From Acidimicrobiia bacterium (GTDB lineage: Bacteria; Actinomycetota; Acidimicrobiia; Spongiisociales; UBA11373), in assembly GCA_041572755.1 (NCBI GenBank), contig JBFFRY010000007.1, positions 29,928-93,927 on the forward strand: a stretch of DNA of 64,000 nt. Direction: 5' to 3'. The notes under the pieces were generated by a model. It was not told the DNA's origin, did no database searches, and worked only from the letters and a program-made list of their open reading frames with translations. This document shows, in pieces, positions 31,064 through 40,655 of the stretch (positions are counted from its first letter, which is position 1; each line of letters opens with the position of its first letter). The position numbers were made by a program, and so were the translations under genes.

Positions 31064-32113
31064 TCAGAACTGGAGCGCGGCGGCGGCCCAGTGGAAGCCG
31101 GCCCCGAAGGCGGTGAGCACTACGAGGTCGCCTTCCTCGATGCGCCCCTCACCGCGGGCCTGCCACAGGGCGAGAGGCACTGATGCCGAACCGGTGTTGC
31201 CGTACTCGTGGACGTTGACGTAGACGCTCTCGGGGGCCAGGCCCAGTTTGTTGCGCACCGCGTCGATGATCCGCTTGTTGGCCTGGTGGGGGATCACCAG
31301 CCGGACATCGGCCAGGTTGCGCCCGATCTTCGACAGCAGCTCGTGGGCCGCCTCGCTCATGCGGTGCACCGCCTCGCGGAACACCTCCCGCCCCTGCATC
31401 ACCACGTTCTTGTGGTCCCCGGCCTGGGCCGCTTCGAGCGTGAAGGGGCGTCGGGTGCCACCCGTTTCGAGTGTGAGGATCCCGGCCTTGGCGCCGTCGG
31501 TCCCCGCCACTGCGTCGAGGACCTCGGCCTGGACGTCGCCCCGCCCCATCACCACCGCCCCGGCGGCGTCCCCGAAGAGGACGCAGGTGGCGCGGTCCTC
31601 CCAGTTCATGAGGCGAGAGATGAGTTCGACCCCGACCACGAGGATCTTGCGGGCCGTCTGGTGGATGCGTGTCTTGGCGAGGTCGACCGCCAGCACGAAT
31701 CCGGCGCATCCGCTGCCCCCCAGGTCGTAGGCGGGGACGGCCCGGGCTCCGAGACGATGTTGGAGGAATGCCGCCGTGTCCGGCGTGTACACCTCGGGGG
31801 TGTCGGTGGCCACGATGATCTCGTCGATCTCGTCCGGGGTGATGCCGGCGTCGTCGAGGGCCCGACGGGCCGCTACTTCGGCCAAGTCGACGCTCGTCTC
31901 GTCCTCGGCTGCGAAGCGGCGCCGCTCGATCCCGGTCCGGGTGATGATCCACTCGTCGGTGGTGTCGACGAGACGGCTCCAGTCCGCGTTGGTCATGACC
32001 CGTTCGGGGGCGTAGCCGCCGAATCCGAGAACTCCGATGCGGTCGGGAGCCACGAGTCCCTCCTGTAGCGCTTGGGGGCACGTTAGGCGCTGGATCGGCA
32101 CTGTGCCCGTCAT
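31064..32113 (-). CDS. fabH: 3-oxoacyl-ACP synthase III (FabH-like); start uncertain
   Basis: ...IGVLGFGGYAPERVMTNADW...IVATDTPEVYTPDTAAFLQHRLG...GSGCAGFVLAVDLA...HQANKRIIDAV...GNTGSASVPLAL. Confidence 0.75.
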   Translation of the reverse strand: MTGTVPIQRLTCPQALQEGLVAPDRIGVLGFGGYAPERVMTNADWSRLVDTTDEWIITRTGIERRRFAAEDETSVDLAEVAARRALDDAGITPDEIDEIIVATDTPEVYTPDTAAFLQHRLGARAVPAYDLGGSGCAGFVLAVDLAKTRIHQTARKILVVGVELISRLMNWEDRATCVLFGDAAGAVVMGRGDVQAEVLDAVAGTDGAKAGILTLETGGTRRPFTLEAAQAGDHKNVVMQGREVFREAVHRMSEAAHELLSKIGRNLADVRLVIPHQANKRIIDAVRNKLGLAPESVYVNVHEYGNTGSASVPLALWQARGEGRIEEGDLVVLTAFGAGFHWAAAALQF

Positions 32114-32252
32114 GGCCCCCGCTGTGCCTGGGGCGGCCTCCTGCCCGGGGGAGGGGGCGCTCCTCGGCCGGTCGGGCGGCAATAGAGTGACCGGCATGGG
32201 CATCTCGCCACCGCTGTCGGGTAGGGGCCGCCGGTTGGTCGACGAGGCGCCC

Positions 32253-33434
32253 ATGAAGCCCTACATCGCCGCCCACTTCGAGCGCATGGAGGACCGCTAC
32301 GACCCGGTCGCCAACCCGGACGGCTATCTCGGTCTCGCCGTGGCGGAGAACAAGCTGGTGTGGGAGCTCCTCCGGCCCCGGCTCCACGAGCCCCGGGACG
32401 TGCCGCTCGATGCGGTGTGCTACGACCAGATGATCGGCAACCGGGGCTTCCGGGAGAACCTGGCCCGCTTCATGGGCCGCACCTTCCTGGGTCGCGAGGT
32501 GGAACCCGCCCACGTGGCGGCTCTGGCGGGTTCGGGGAGCGTGCTCGAGATCCTGTTCTACGCCCTGGGCGATCCCGGCGATGGGGTCCTGGTGCACACG
32601 CCGAGCTATGCCGGCTTCTGGGCCGACCTCGAGACCCGGGATGCCCTCTCGATCGTCCCGGTTCACACTCACAGCGAGGATGGTTTCCGGTTGACCACCG
32701 ACCTGCTCGATGCGGCGCTGGCCGGCGCCGAACGGCCGGTGAAGGCCCTGCTGTACACCAACCCGAACAATCCGCTGGGGTCGGTCGCCTCCGCCGGAGA
32801 GGTCGAGATGGTGATCGACTGGACGGCGCGCCGAGGCCTCCACCTGGTGCTCGACGAGGTGTACGCCCTGTCGGTGTTCGGCGACACGCCGTTCGTGAGC
32901 GGCGCCTCGCTGCTGCCGTCGCTGGGCGAGGGGGTCCACATCGTGTGGGCGTTCAGCAAGGACTTCGGGGCGAGCGGTCTCCGCTGCGGGGTGTTGATCA
33001 CCGAGAACGAGTCGCTGATGGCAGCCGTCGACGGGCTGGCCTACTGGTCGGTGGTCTCGGGCGACACCCAGCACCTCCTGTCGGGGATGGTCGCCGACGA
33101 CGAGTGGGTCGACGGCTACCTGGCGGCGATGCAGGGCGGACTGCGCAACGCCTACGCCGCCACCACCGCCGCCCTGAGCGACGAGGGGATCCCGTTTGTG
33201 CCGGCCGAGGCGGGCTTCTTCCTGCTCGTCGACCTGCGGGGCTTCATGGAGGCTTCCACCTGGGAGGCGGAGGATGCCCTGTGGCGCCGCATTCTCGAGG
33301 GCGCCAACGTCAACATCACCCCGGGGTCGGCGTGCCACAACGGGGAGCCGGGGTTCCTCCGTCTCTGCTTCGCCACGGAGCCGTCGGAGGCGGTGGCCAC
33401 CGCGGTGCGCCGGATGGCCAGGGTCCTCTCCTAG
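32253..33434 (+). CDS. Class I/II PLP aminotransferase (ACC-synthase-like subfamily)
   Basis: Track ORF 32037.. trimmed to MKPYIAAHFERMEDRYD...SFSKDFGASGLRCG... Confidence 0.7.
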   Translation: MKPYIAAHFERMEDRYDPVANPDGYLGLAVAENKLVWELLRPRLHEPRDVPLDAVCYDQMIGNRGFRENLARFMGRTFLGREVEPAHVAALAGSGSVLEILFYALGDPGDGVLVHTPSYAGFWADLETRDALSIVPVHTHSEDGFRLTTDLLDAALAGAERPVKALLYTNPNNPLGSVASAGEVEMVIDWTARRGLHLVLDEVYALSVFGDTPFVSGASLLPSLGEGVHIVWAFSKDFGASGLRCGVLITENESLMAAVDGLAYWSVVSGDTQHLLSGMVADDEWVDGYLAAMQGGLRNAYAATTAALSDEGIPFVPAEAGFFLLVDLRGFMEASTWEAEDALWRRILEGANVNITPGSACHNGEPGFLRLCFATEPSEAVATAVRRMARVLS

Positions 33435-34189
33435 GCGATCGTGTAACCGCCGTCGACCACCAGGGCGTGGCCGGTGACGAAATCGGACGCCGCCGATGCC
33501 AGGAAGACGGCGGCCGGGGCGACTTCCTCGGGTTGCCCGAAGCGCCCCGCCGGGGTGCGATCCTCGATCGTCTCCCTGATCTCGGCCCGGGTCATCGCCG
33601 GGCGGGTCATGTCGGTGGCGATCCAGCCGGGGATGATCGCATTGACCTGGATGCCGTCGGGGGCCCACGAGATCGCCAGCGATCGGGTGAGCAGGATCAC
33701 CCCGCCCTTGCTGGCCGCATAGGCGGCGGAGTAGGGGCTGCCGAAGATCGAGTAGGCGGATCCGATCGTGATGACCTTCCCGTGGCCGGAGGCCTTGAGG
33801 TGGGGATGGGCGGCCTGCGCCGTCTCCAGAACGGCCCGCAGGTTGATGTCGAGCACTTCGTCCCACACCTGGCGGCTCAGCTTCTCGGCCGGTGCGCCGC
33901 TGGCCACGCCGGCATTGGGCACGACGATGTCGAGGCCGCCGAGGGCGGCGACGGTGGCGGCGACCGCCTCGTCGATCTGGGTGCGGTCGGTCACGTCACA
34001 GGGAACGGCCGCCGCGCGGCGGCCCAGCTCACGGATCTCGGCGGCGGTCGCTTCGAGGGTCTCGAGATCCCGGGCGGCGACGGCCACGTCGGCTCCCGCC
34101 GCCGCCAGGGCGAGGGCGATGGCCCTGCCGATGCCGCGGTTCCCGCCGGTGACCAGCGCCGATCGCCCGGTGAGGTCGAAGGAGCTCAT
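33431..34189 (-). CDS. SDR-family oxidoreductase (FabG-like)
   Basis: MSSFDLTGRSALVTGGNRGIGRAIA...SAYSIFGSPYSAAYAASKGGV... Confidence 0.8.
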   Translation of the reverse strand: MSSFDLTGRSALVTGGNRGIGRAIALALAAAGADVAVAARDLETLEATAAEIRELGRRAAAVPCDVTDRTQIDEAVAATVAALGGLDIVVPNAGVASGAPAEKLSRQVWDEVLDINLRAVLETAQAAHPHLKASGHGKVITIGSAYSIFGSPYSAAYAASKGGVILLTRSLAISWAPDGIQVNAIIPGWIATDMTRPAMTRAEIRETIEDRTPAGRFGQPEEVAPAAVFLASAASDFVTGHALVVDGGYTIA

Positions 34190-34299
34190 GGCGGTTCAGG
34201 CTAGGCGGCGATTCGCGGGACGGGCCGATTCGGCGACAGGCGGTCACCGAGAGGTGTACGGTTGGTGGTGGGCCGGGCCGGCGCCTACCGGTCCGAGCC

Positions 34300-34824
34300 G
34301 TGGGTGACAAGGGAGGGATTACGACGCGCCGCATCTTGCTGTTGGCGCTCGTCGTGGCGTTGCTGGTGGCCGCCCTCGGGGCGGTCGCCTTCGCCAAGAG
34401 CGGCAAGCAGTCGCTGTACCTGTACGAGAAGGACCCGGCTACCTGGGTCATCGTCGAGGACGGGGCCTGGGGCAAGCTCAACTTCAAGCCCTTCAAGGGC
34501 GAGTACAAGTTCGTGTTCAACGGACACGGGCTGGAGCCGGAGACCGACTACACCCTGATCTATTACCCGGATCCGTGGCCGGGCGCAGGCCTCGTGTGTT
34601 TCGGGGACGATGAGTCCAATCGGGGCGGCAACGTCCACATCAAGGAGAAGGTGGACGTCTCGGGAATTCCGTTTGACACGAATCCGCCATTCACGGACGA
34701 GAACTACCCCGATGGCGCCAAGATCTGGCTGGTGCTGTCTGACCACGTCGACTGCGGTGTCGGCATGACCGGCTGGGACCCCACCGAGTACCTCTTCGAG
34801 AACAACCTGGTGACATTCCCCTAG
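34300..34824 (+). CDS. Secreted hypothetical protein
   Basis: 174 aa with an N-terminal TM/signal segment. No family recognised. Confidence 0.45.
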   Translation: MGDKGGITTRRILLLALVVALLVAALGAVAFAKSGKQSLYLYEKDPATWVIVEDGAWGKLNFKPFKGEYKFVFNGHGLEPETDYTLIYYPDPWPGAGLVCFGDDESNRGGNVHIKEKVDVSGIPFDTNPPFTDENYPDGAKIWLVLSDHVDCGVGMTGWDPTEYLFENNLVTFP

Positions 34825-34891
34825 ACGGCGGCGAGAGAGGAAGGGTGGGCGGTTGCGTCCACCCTTCCCCGCGACCGGTAGCCTCGCTCCG

Positions 34892-35116
34892 ATGCGACGC
34901 ACGATCGGGCTGGTCCTGCTGGGCGGCGGAATCATGGTGTGGGCCGTCTACGCCGTCGTCTGGGCGGCGGGAGGGGAGCCCGAGGTGGGGTCGTTCCTGC
35001 CGTTCCATTTGAGCGGCGTGATCCCCGGCTCGCTGCTCGCCCGGTGGGATGCGATCCGGCGGCTGGTCGGTGGGTCAGCGGACCAGGTCGACGACGAAGA
35101 CCGCCAGGGCCCCTAG
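34892..35116 (+). CDS. Small hypothetical membrane protein
   Basis: MRRTIGLVLLGGGIMVWAVYAVVWAAG... Confidence 0.3.
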   Translation: MRRTIGLVLLGGGIMVWAVYAVVWAAGGEPEVGSFLPFHLSGVIPGSLLARWDAIRRLVGGSADQVDDEDRQGP

Positions 35117-35356
35117 GGAGAGCAACGCGGCGCACAGCGCCACGGTTGCCGTGAGCCCCAGCATGCGCATCTGCAGGAACCCGCGGGGCTCGTGCCGCAG
35201 AACCATGGCGGACCGTGCCGCGGTCACCGCCACGAGGAGTCCGGCCACCGAGACACCGGCCGGTGCCCACAGACCGCCGGTGACCACGCCGAGGATGGCG
35301 CTGAGTGGTCCGAGGATCACCAGGGCGATGAGGAACCGGACGTGGGGATGGGGCAT
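35075..35356 (-). CDS. Small hypothetical membrane protein
   Basis: MPHPHVRFLIALVILGPLSAILGVVTGGLWAPAGVSVAGLLVAVTAA... Confidence 0.3.
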   Translation of the reverse strand: MPHPHVRFLIALVILGPLSAILGVVTGGLWAPAGVSVAGLLVAVTAARSAMVLRHEPRGFLQMRMLGLTATVALCAALLSLGALAVFVVDLVR

Positions 35357-35390
35357 CGGGTGAGCGTACCGCCGGCACCTGGGTGGCGGG

Positions 35391-36260
35391 TCACCCGACG
35401 CCGGTTCGGGCCGGCTCACGTTCGCGGCGGTGCCGGGTGAGCGCCGAGACGGCGGCGGCGAGGATGAGCGCTCCGAGGATGACCCCCCACACCACGGCGT
35501 TCTCGCCGAACAGCGAGGTGGCTCGCTGCGACAGGCTCTCGAGGAACCGGAAGGCGCCGGAGTCGTTGAGAGCGCCGGCCCCCGACGTGAGGTTGGTGAC
35601 CCAGAACCACACGATGTAGGCGCCGGCCAGCACCAGGACGATCCCGGCGATGCGGTTGAGATGGCGGGTCGACGCTCGCAACCGGCCCACCAGGCTGTGC
35701 TTGCCGAGGGCGAGCACGATCGTCACCGCCAGGAGCATGACCGACATCCCCAGGCCGTAGACGACGAAGGTGGCGGCCCCCGACACGAGGTTCCGGGTGG
35801 TGAGTTGGGTTGCCACCACGGACAGGAACACGGGGAGGGTGCACGACAGGGAGGCCAGGCCGTAGGAGACGCCGAATCCGAAGACCGAGGAGAGCCCCGG
35901 CCCGGCGGCCGCCCTCTTGGCCTTGGGCAGCCCGACGGTGAGCTCGAAGCCGAACACCATGGCGACCCCGAGCATCGCCACCAGCCCGCCGACGATGAGC
36001 GCCATCCACGGGATCCAGTCGATCACCGCCCGGAACCCGGCGGTGATGGCGAGACCGGCCATCCCGAAGACGAGGAGAAAGGCGAGGGACATGACGCCAC
36101 CCACGATGAGGGCGCCGCGCAGCGACGCGGAGCGGGAGGCTTCGTCGTCGCCGAGCCCCATGAAATAGGAGAGGTAGGCGGGGAGCATCGCAAAGCCGCA
36201 CGGGTTCATGGTGGCCACCAGTCCGGCTCCGAACGCCAGGGCGAAGGGGGCTTCGATCAC
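35391..36260 (-). CDS. ccdA: Cytochrome c-type biogenesis protein CcdA (DsbD-family thiol:disulfide transporter); start uncertain
   Basis: ...TMNPCGFAMLPAYLSYFMG... and a polytopic membrane body. Confidence 0.7.
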   Translation of the reverse strand: MIEAPFALAFGAGLVATMNPCGFAMLPAYLSYFMGLGDDEASRSASLRGALIVGGVMSLAFLLVFGMAGLAITAGFRAVIDWIPWMALIVGGLVAMLGVAMVFGFELTVGLPKAKRAAAGPGLSSVFGFGVSYGLASLSCTLPVFLSVVATQLTTRNLVSGAATFVVYGLGMSVMLLAVTIVLALGKHSLVGRLRASTRHLNRIAGIVLVLAGAYIVWFWVTNLTSGAGALNDSGAFRFLESLSQRATSLFGENAVVWGVILGALILAAAVSALTRHRREREPARTGVG

Positions 36261-36421
36261 GTTTCGTTCCGAGGAGTCATCGCCGGGGCAACGCTTCCGG
36301 GAGAAGGGGAGTCCCGGCAACGTCGGAAACCCGACATTGCCCCGGAGCCGCCGCCACCGACCGTCGTGCGACGGGGCGGGTCGGAGGACCGCCGAGGTGT
36401 CAGCCGATGATGCTCGGGCGG

Positions 36422-38191
36422 CTAGTCGCGGTCGAAACGGTCCCCGGGATCATCCTGCAGCCAGTCCCGTCCCGGGCCCCCGTCGAGATCGTCGTCGTCC
36501 TCGCCGCCGCCGAGGCGGTCGTTGCCGGTGCCTCCGTCGATCTCGTCGCGCCCCGGCCCACCGTCGAGGGCGTCGTCGCCGTGGCCGCCGCGGATCTCGT
36601 CGTTGCCGCCCTGACCGCGTATCACGTCGTCTCCGGACCCTCCGGTCAGGCGATCGGCGGCCGGGCCTCCGTCGATCAGGTCCTGGCCCCCGCCGCCGGC
36701 GATCTCGTCGCGACCCCCCTCTCCGTAGAGGAAGTCGTTGCCGGTGCCGCCGTCGATCTCGTCGCGCCCCGGCCCACCGCACACGCGGTCGGCGCCATCA
36801 CCGGTCTCGATCCGATCGTCTCCACCCTTGGCGACGACCACGTCGTGTCCCGGGGTGCCCAGGAAGGTGTCGTCGCCGTCGTCGCCGACCCAGGTCGCCA
36901 CCACGCCGCCGCAGGACGCCAGCGGGGTGAGGGTCGGTCGCCACACCTCGGCCGAAACGGCGAAGCGGCTGATCGTCTGGGCGTTGTCGGCTCGGTTGGT
37001 CCGGCCGGCCGGCCTGGTTTCCCGGCGATCCGGATCGATGTCGGCGGGGTCCCAGAAGGCGATGCCGCCCCCGAACACCGGGGGGTCGAGCCAGCCGAAC
37101 GAAACGTCCGGGTTCGAGAAGAGGGGAGCGATGAGGCAGGCGTCGCATTCCTCGCCGTGGGACATGATCGTGGCGAACTGGGCGCGTTCGTCGACGTGGG
37201 CGCAGGAGTGGCCGGCGATCCCGCATCCGTCCCGGCTGTCGCGCTCCCCGCCGGCCCCCAGGTTGTGTCCCCACATGTGGGCGGCGGTGAGCACCACGTG
37301 GCTGATGTTCGACGATCCGTCGGGTCCGGCCACCCCGACGACGGAGAAGTGGCCGGGGAGTTGGGCGGCGCCGCCGTAGTTCTTGCCGGTGAAGAGCATC
37401 ACCGCATCGGCGCCGTAGTTGTTGCGCCAGGCCTTGGCTTGTGACACCCGGTCGGTGTCGGCGAAGTTATAGAGGTCGCGCTCCGGGTCGGCGGTCTCCT
37501 GGTAGTCGACCATCCCGACCTTGATGAGCCGGAACACCACGTCTATGTCGCTGGCCGCCAGGGCATCGTTCATGCCTTCGACCGCCAGCATCGCCAGCGC
37601 TTCGACGCCGGCGGTCCCGCCGGCCTTCGATCGGGCCTTGTTGGTGTAGGCGATGACGACGTCGATGACGGTGGTGCGGGCCCGGGCGTGCTCGACGGCC
37701 GGGGGCTCCCCTGTGGCCAAATCGGTGCGCACCGTGGGGTGGGCGGCCACCGCCGGGGCCGTCACCTCGGCGACGGTCTGGCCCCCGTGCTCCGAGAAGC
37801 GGATCTCGAAGACCCGGTCGGCGGTCCGGACCGTGCCCACCACATGGGCACCGTCGTCGATGAAGAACACCCGGCCGGAGGGGTCGCCGACGACGCGTCC
37901 GGCCCATGTGAAGTACTCGGGGGTGCGCCGCGTGAACCGCTCCAGCTCGGCTTCGATCACGGTGTCGGAGAACAACTCGAGGCGCAGCGTCTCGGCGCCG
38001 GCGGCGGCTCGGTCGAGAACCTCGCGATGCACCTCGACGGAGCGGGCCCGGACGGCTCCCGGCATGGGAGCGACGGCCCGCACGTCTTGGCCTTCCAGCA
38101 GGTCGACGGCTCGATCGGGGGATGCCGCGCTCACGACGGGGTGGACCGATCCCACGATCACGAAGGCGGCCATGACGCCTCTCCAGGACAT
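36422..38191 (-). CDS. Secreted zinc metalloprotease with C-terminal RTX-type Ca-binding repeats
   Basis: Signal peptide, catalytic HMWGHNLGAGGERD region, then GGxGxDxxx nonapeptide repeats (GGDDRIETGDGADRVCGGPGRDEIDGGTGND...). Confidence 0.7.
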   Translation of the reverse strand: MSWRGVMAAFVIVGSVHPVVSAASPDRAVDLLEGQDVRAVAPMPGAVRARSVEVHREVLDRAAAGAETLRLELFSDTVIEAELERFTRRTPEYFTWAGRVVGDPSGRVFFIDDGAHVVGTVRTADRVFEIRFSEHGGQTVAEVTAPAVAAHPTVRTDLATGEPPAVEHARARTTVIDVVIAYTNKARSKAGGTAGVEALAMLAVEGMNDALAASDIDVVFRLIKVGMVDYQETADPERDLYNFADTDRVSQAKAWRNNYGADAVMLFTGKNYGGAAQLPGHFSVVGVAGPDGSSNISHVVLTAAHMWGHNLGAGGERDSRDGCGIAGHSCAHVDERAQFATIMSHGEECDACLIAPLFSNPDVSFGWLDPPVFGGGIAFWDPADIDPDRRETRPAGRTNRADNAQTISRFAVSAEVWRPTLTPLASCGGVVATWVGDDGDDTFLGTPGHDVVVAKGGDDRIETGDGADRVCGGPGRDEIDGGTGNDFLYGEGGRDEIAGGGGQDLIDGGPAADRLTGGSGDDVIRGQGGNDEIRGGHGDDALDGGPGRDEIDGGTGNDRLGGGEDDDDLDGGPGRDWLQDDPGDRFDRD

Positions 38192-38280
38192 GGATTCTCC
38201 CTTGCGGCCGCCACGGGGCGGCGACTCTCAACCTCTCAGCGTGGTGAGACTACCACTCTGCGTGGTCGATGCCAAGGGGA

Positions 38281-39696
38281 CTACCGCCAGGCTCCGGTGT
38301 CGAGAAAGTCGTTGATGGCGGCGGCGGCGCGGCGGCCCGCTCCCATCGCCAGGATGACGGTGGCCCCGCCCGTGACGATGTCGCCGCCGGCGAAGACGCC
38401 CCGCTTGGTCGTCTGGCCGGTCTCCTCGTCGGCGACGAGCGTTCCCCAGCGGGTGTGCTCGAGGTCGGGGGCCGTCTTGGCGAGCAGCGGGTTGGGTTCG
38501 TTGCCGATCGCCACCACGGCGACATCGACCGGCTCGTCGTACTCGCTGCCGGAGATCGGCACCGGTCGGCGCCGGCCGCTGTCATCCGGCTCGCCGAGCT
38601 CCATCCTCTGGAGGCGCATCCCGGTCAGCCAGCCGTCGTCACCGTGGAACTCGAGGGGGGCGGTGAGGGTGACGAACTCGACGCCCTCGTCCTTGGCGTG
38701 GTGCACCTCTTCGGCCCGGGCCGGCATCTCTTCCTCCGAGCGGCGGTACACGATGGCGGCCCGCGACGCCCCGAGGCGCAGCGCGGTGCGCACTGCATCC
38801 ATGGCGGTGTTGCCGCCGCCGAAGACTGCTACCCGCTTGCCGAGCAGATCGAAGACCGGGGTGTCGGCGCCCTCGGCATAGGCCTTCATCAGGTTGACCC
38901 GGGTGAGGAACTCGTTGGCCGAATACACCCCGACGAGATTCTCACCGGGGATGTCCATGAACCGGGGGAGACCGGCTCCCACCCCGACGAACACGGCATC
39001 GAACCCCTCGGTGTCGAGGAGGTCGTCGAGTGTGTCGATCAGCCCGATGACGGCGTTGGTCTCGAAACGGACCCCGAGCGCTTCGAGACCGGCGATCTCG
39101 GCGGCCACGATCTGCTTGGGGAGGCGGAACTCGGGGATCCCGTACACCAGGACCCCGCCGGGTTGATGGAGGGCCTCGAAGACGGTCACCTCGTGGCCGG
39201 CTCGGGCCAGGTCGGTGGCGCACGCCAAGCCCGCCGGACCGCTCCCGACCACGGCGACCCTCTTCCCGGTCGCCGGTGCCGGTTCGATCGCGGCGATCTC
39301 TCCCTGGGCCCGCTCCCAATCGGCCAGGAACCGCTCCAGGTAGCCGATGGCGATCGGTCGTCCCTTGGCGGCCAGGGCGCACATCCCCTCGCACTGCTCC
39401 TCCTGAGGGCACACCCGGCCGCAGATCGCCGGGAGGGAGTTGTCCCGCTTGACGACCTCGATGGCTCCGGCGAAATCGCCCTCCGCCGCCAGCGCGATGA
39501 ACTCGTGGATCTGGATGTTGACGGGGCACCCCTCGACGCACTTGGGCTTGGGGCACAGCAGGCAGCGCTCCGCCTCGCGGATGGCCATCTCCGCCATCAG
39601 CCCCAGATTCACCTCATCGAAATTGACCCGCCGCACGCCGGGCTCCTGTTCCGGCATCACCACCCGGGGCAGGGCCATTCGCTCCTTGCGGGTCAT
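38281..39696 (-). CDS. nfnB: NfnB/GltD-like NADPH-dependent oxidoreductase subunit
   Basis: Track ORF 38281..40365 trimmed to MTRKERMALP (ATG 39696). CPKPKCVEGCPVNIQI...ICGRVCPQEEQCEGMC...VAVVGSGPAGLACA...VFGGGNTAMD. Confidence 0.8.
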   Translation of the reverse strand: MTRKERMALPRVVMPEQEPGVRRVNFDEVNLGLMAEMAIREAERCLLCPKPKCVEGCPVNIQIHEFIALAAEGDFAGAIEVVKRDNSLPAICGRVCPQEEQCEGMCALAAKGRPIAIGYLERFLADWERAQGEIAAIEPAPATGKRVAVVGSGPAGLACATDLARAGHEVTVFEALHQPGGVLVYGIPEFRLPKQIVAAEIAGLEALGVRFETNAVIGLIDTLDDLLDTEGFDAVFVGVGAGLPRFMDIPGENLVGVYSANEFLTRVNLMKAYAEGADTPVFDLLGKRVAVFGGGNTAMDAVRTALRLGASRAAIVYRRSEEEMPARAEEVHHAKDEGVEFVTLTAPLEFHGDDGWLTGMRLQRMELGEPDDSGRRRPVPISGSEYDEPVDVAVVAIGNEPNPLLAKTAPDLEHTRWGTLVADEETGQTTKRGVFAGGDIVTGGATVILAMGAGRRAAAAINDFLDTGAWR

Positions 39697-39701
39697 CTGG
39701 G

Positions 39702-40535
39702 TCACGAGGCCCCCGCTTCCTCGAGCTGGCACATCCGCCACTCCTCCCACCAGGTGTAGGCGCGGTTGCGGCGCTCGAGAAGGTCGAAGTCGACCAGATG
39801 AGCGTCGAATTCCGGCCCGTCCACGCAGGCGAACTTGGTCTCGTCCCCCACGGTCACCCGGCAACCTCCGCACATCCCGGTCCCGTCCACCATGATCGGA
39901 TTGAGGCTGGCCACGGTGTGGATCCCGTGGGGCCGGGTGACCTCGGCGACCGCTCGCATCATCGGGATCGGGCCGACGGCGAGCACGAAGTCGATCCGGC
40001 GCCCCTCGTCGATGAGATCCTGGAGCTTGGCGGTGACGAACCCGCCGTAGCCGTACGAACCGTCGTCGGTGCACGGGTAGACCTCGTCGGCCACGGCGCG
40101 CAGCTCGTTCTCGAGGATCACGTACTCCTCGGTCCGCCCCCCGACGATGGCGATGACGTGGTTCCCGGCCTGCTTGAGTGCTGCGGTGACCGGGTAGGCG
40201 ATCGCGGTGCCGACCCCGCCTCCGATCGTGACCGCGGTGCCGTAGCGCTCGATCTCCGATGCCATGCCCAGCGGACCGGCCATGTCGGGGATGAAGTCGC
40301 CGGCCTCCAGCCTGTTGCACACGGTGGTCGTCTTGCCGACGGCCTGGACGATGATGCGGATCCACTCCTCCTCGACGTTCGAGTCGGCGATGGTGATCGG
40401 GATGCGCTCCCCGTCGTCGGCGGCCCTCAGGATCACGAACTGCCCCGGCTTGCGGCGCAAGGCGATCTTGGGGGCGCGTATGAGGAACGATTTGACGCCC
40501 GGTGCGAGGAACCGGGCCTCGATGATTTCATTCAC
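39702..40535 (-). CDS. nfnA: NfnA-like FAD/[2Fe-2S] subunit (ferredoxin-NADP reductase fold)
   Basis: 277 aa. ...GQFVILRAADDGERIPITIA...GGGVGTAIAYP...GMCGGCRVTV... Confidence 0.8.
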   Translation of the reverse strand: MNEIIEARFLAPGVKSFLIRAPKIALRRKPGQFVILRAADDGERIPITIADSNVEEEWIRIIVQAVGKTTTVCNRLEAGDFIPDMAGPLGMASEIERYGTAVTIGGGVGTAIAYPVTAALKQAGNHVIAIVGGRTEEYVILENELRAVADEVYPCTDDGSYGYGGFVTAKLQDLIDEGRRIDFVLAVGPIPMMRAVAEVTRPHGIHTVASLNPIMVDGTGMCGGCRVTVGDETKFACVDGPEFDAHLVDFDLLERRNRAYTWWEEWRMCQLEEAGAS

Positions 40536-40655
40536 CCCCGTATCGTCGCCCCAACCGCGGGCGACGGCCCAGGGCCGGAAGGCCCGCCCCGGGGAGTCGA
40601 GTGGCCGGGGTGACCGGCGGAGAAGCGGTGGTCCGGGGTCGCATCCTCGGCCGTG

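Noticed and set aside
39697-40365. N-terminal 223-aa extension of the track ORF 38281..40365
   Set aside because: Arg-rich low-complexity sequence overlapping nfnA in another frame. GltD/NfnB homology begins at MTRKERMAL (39696).
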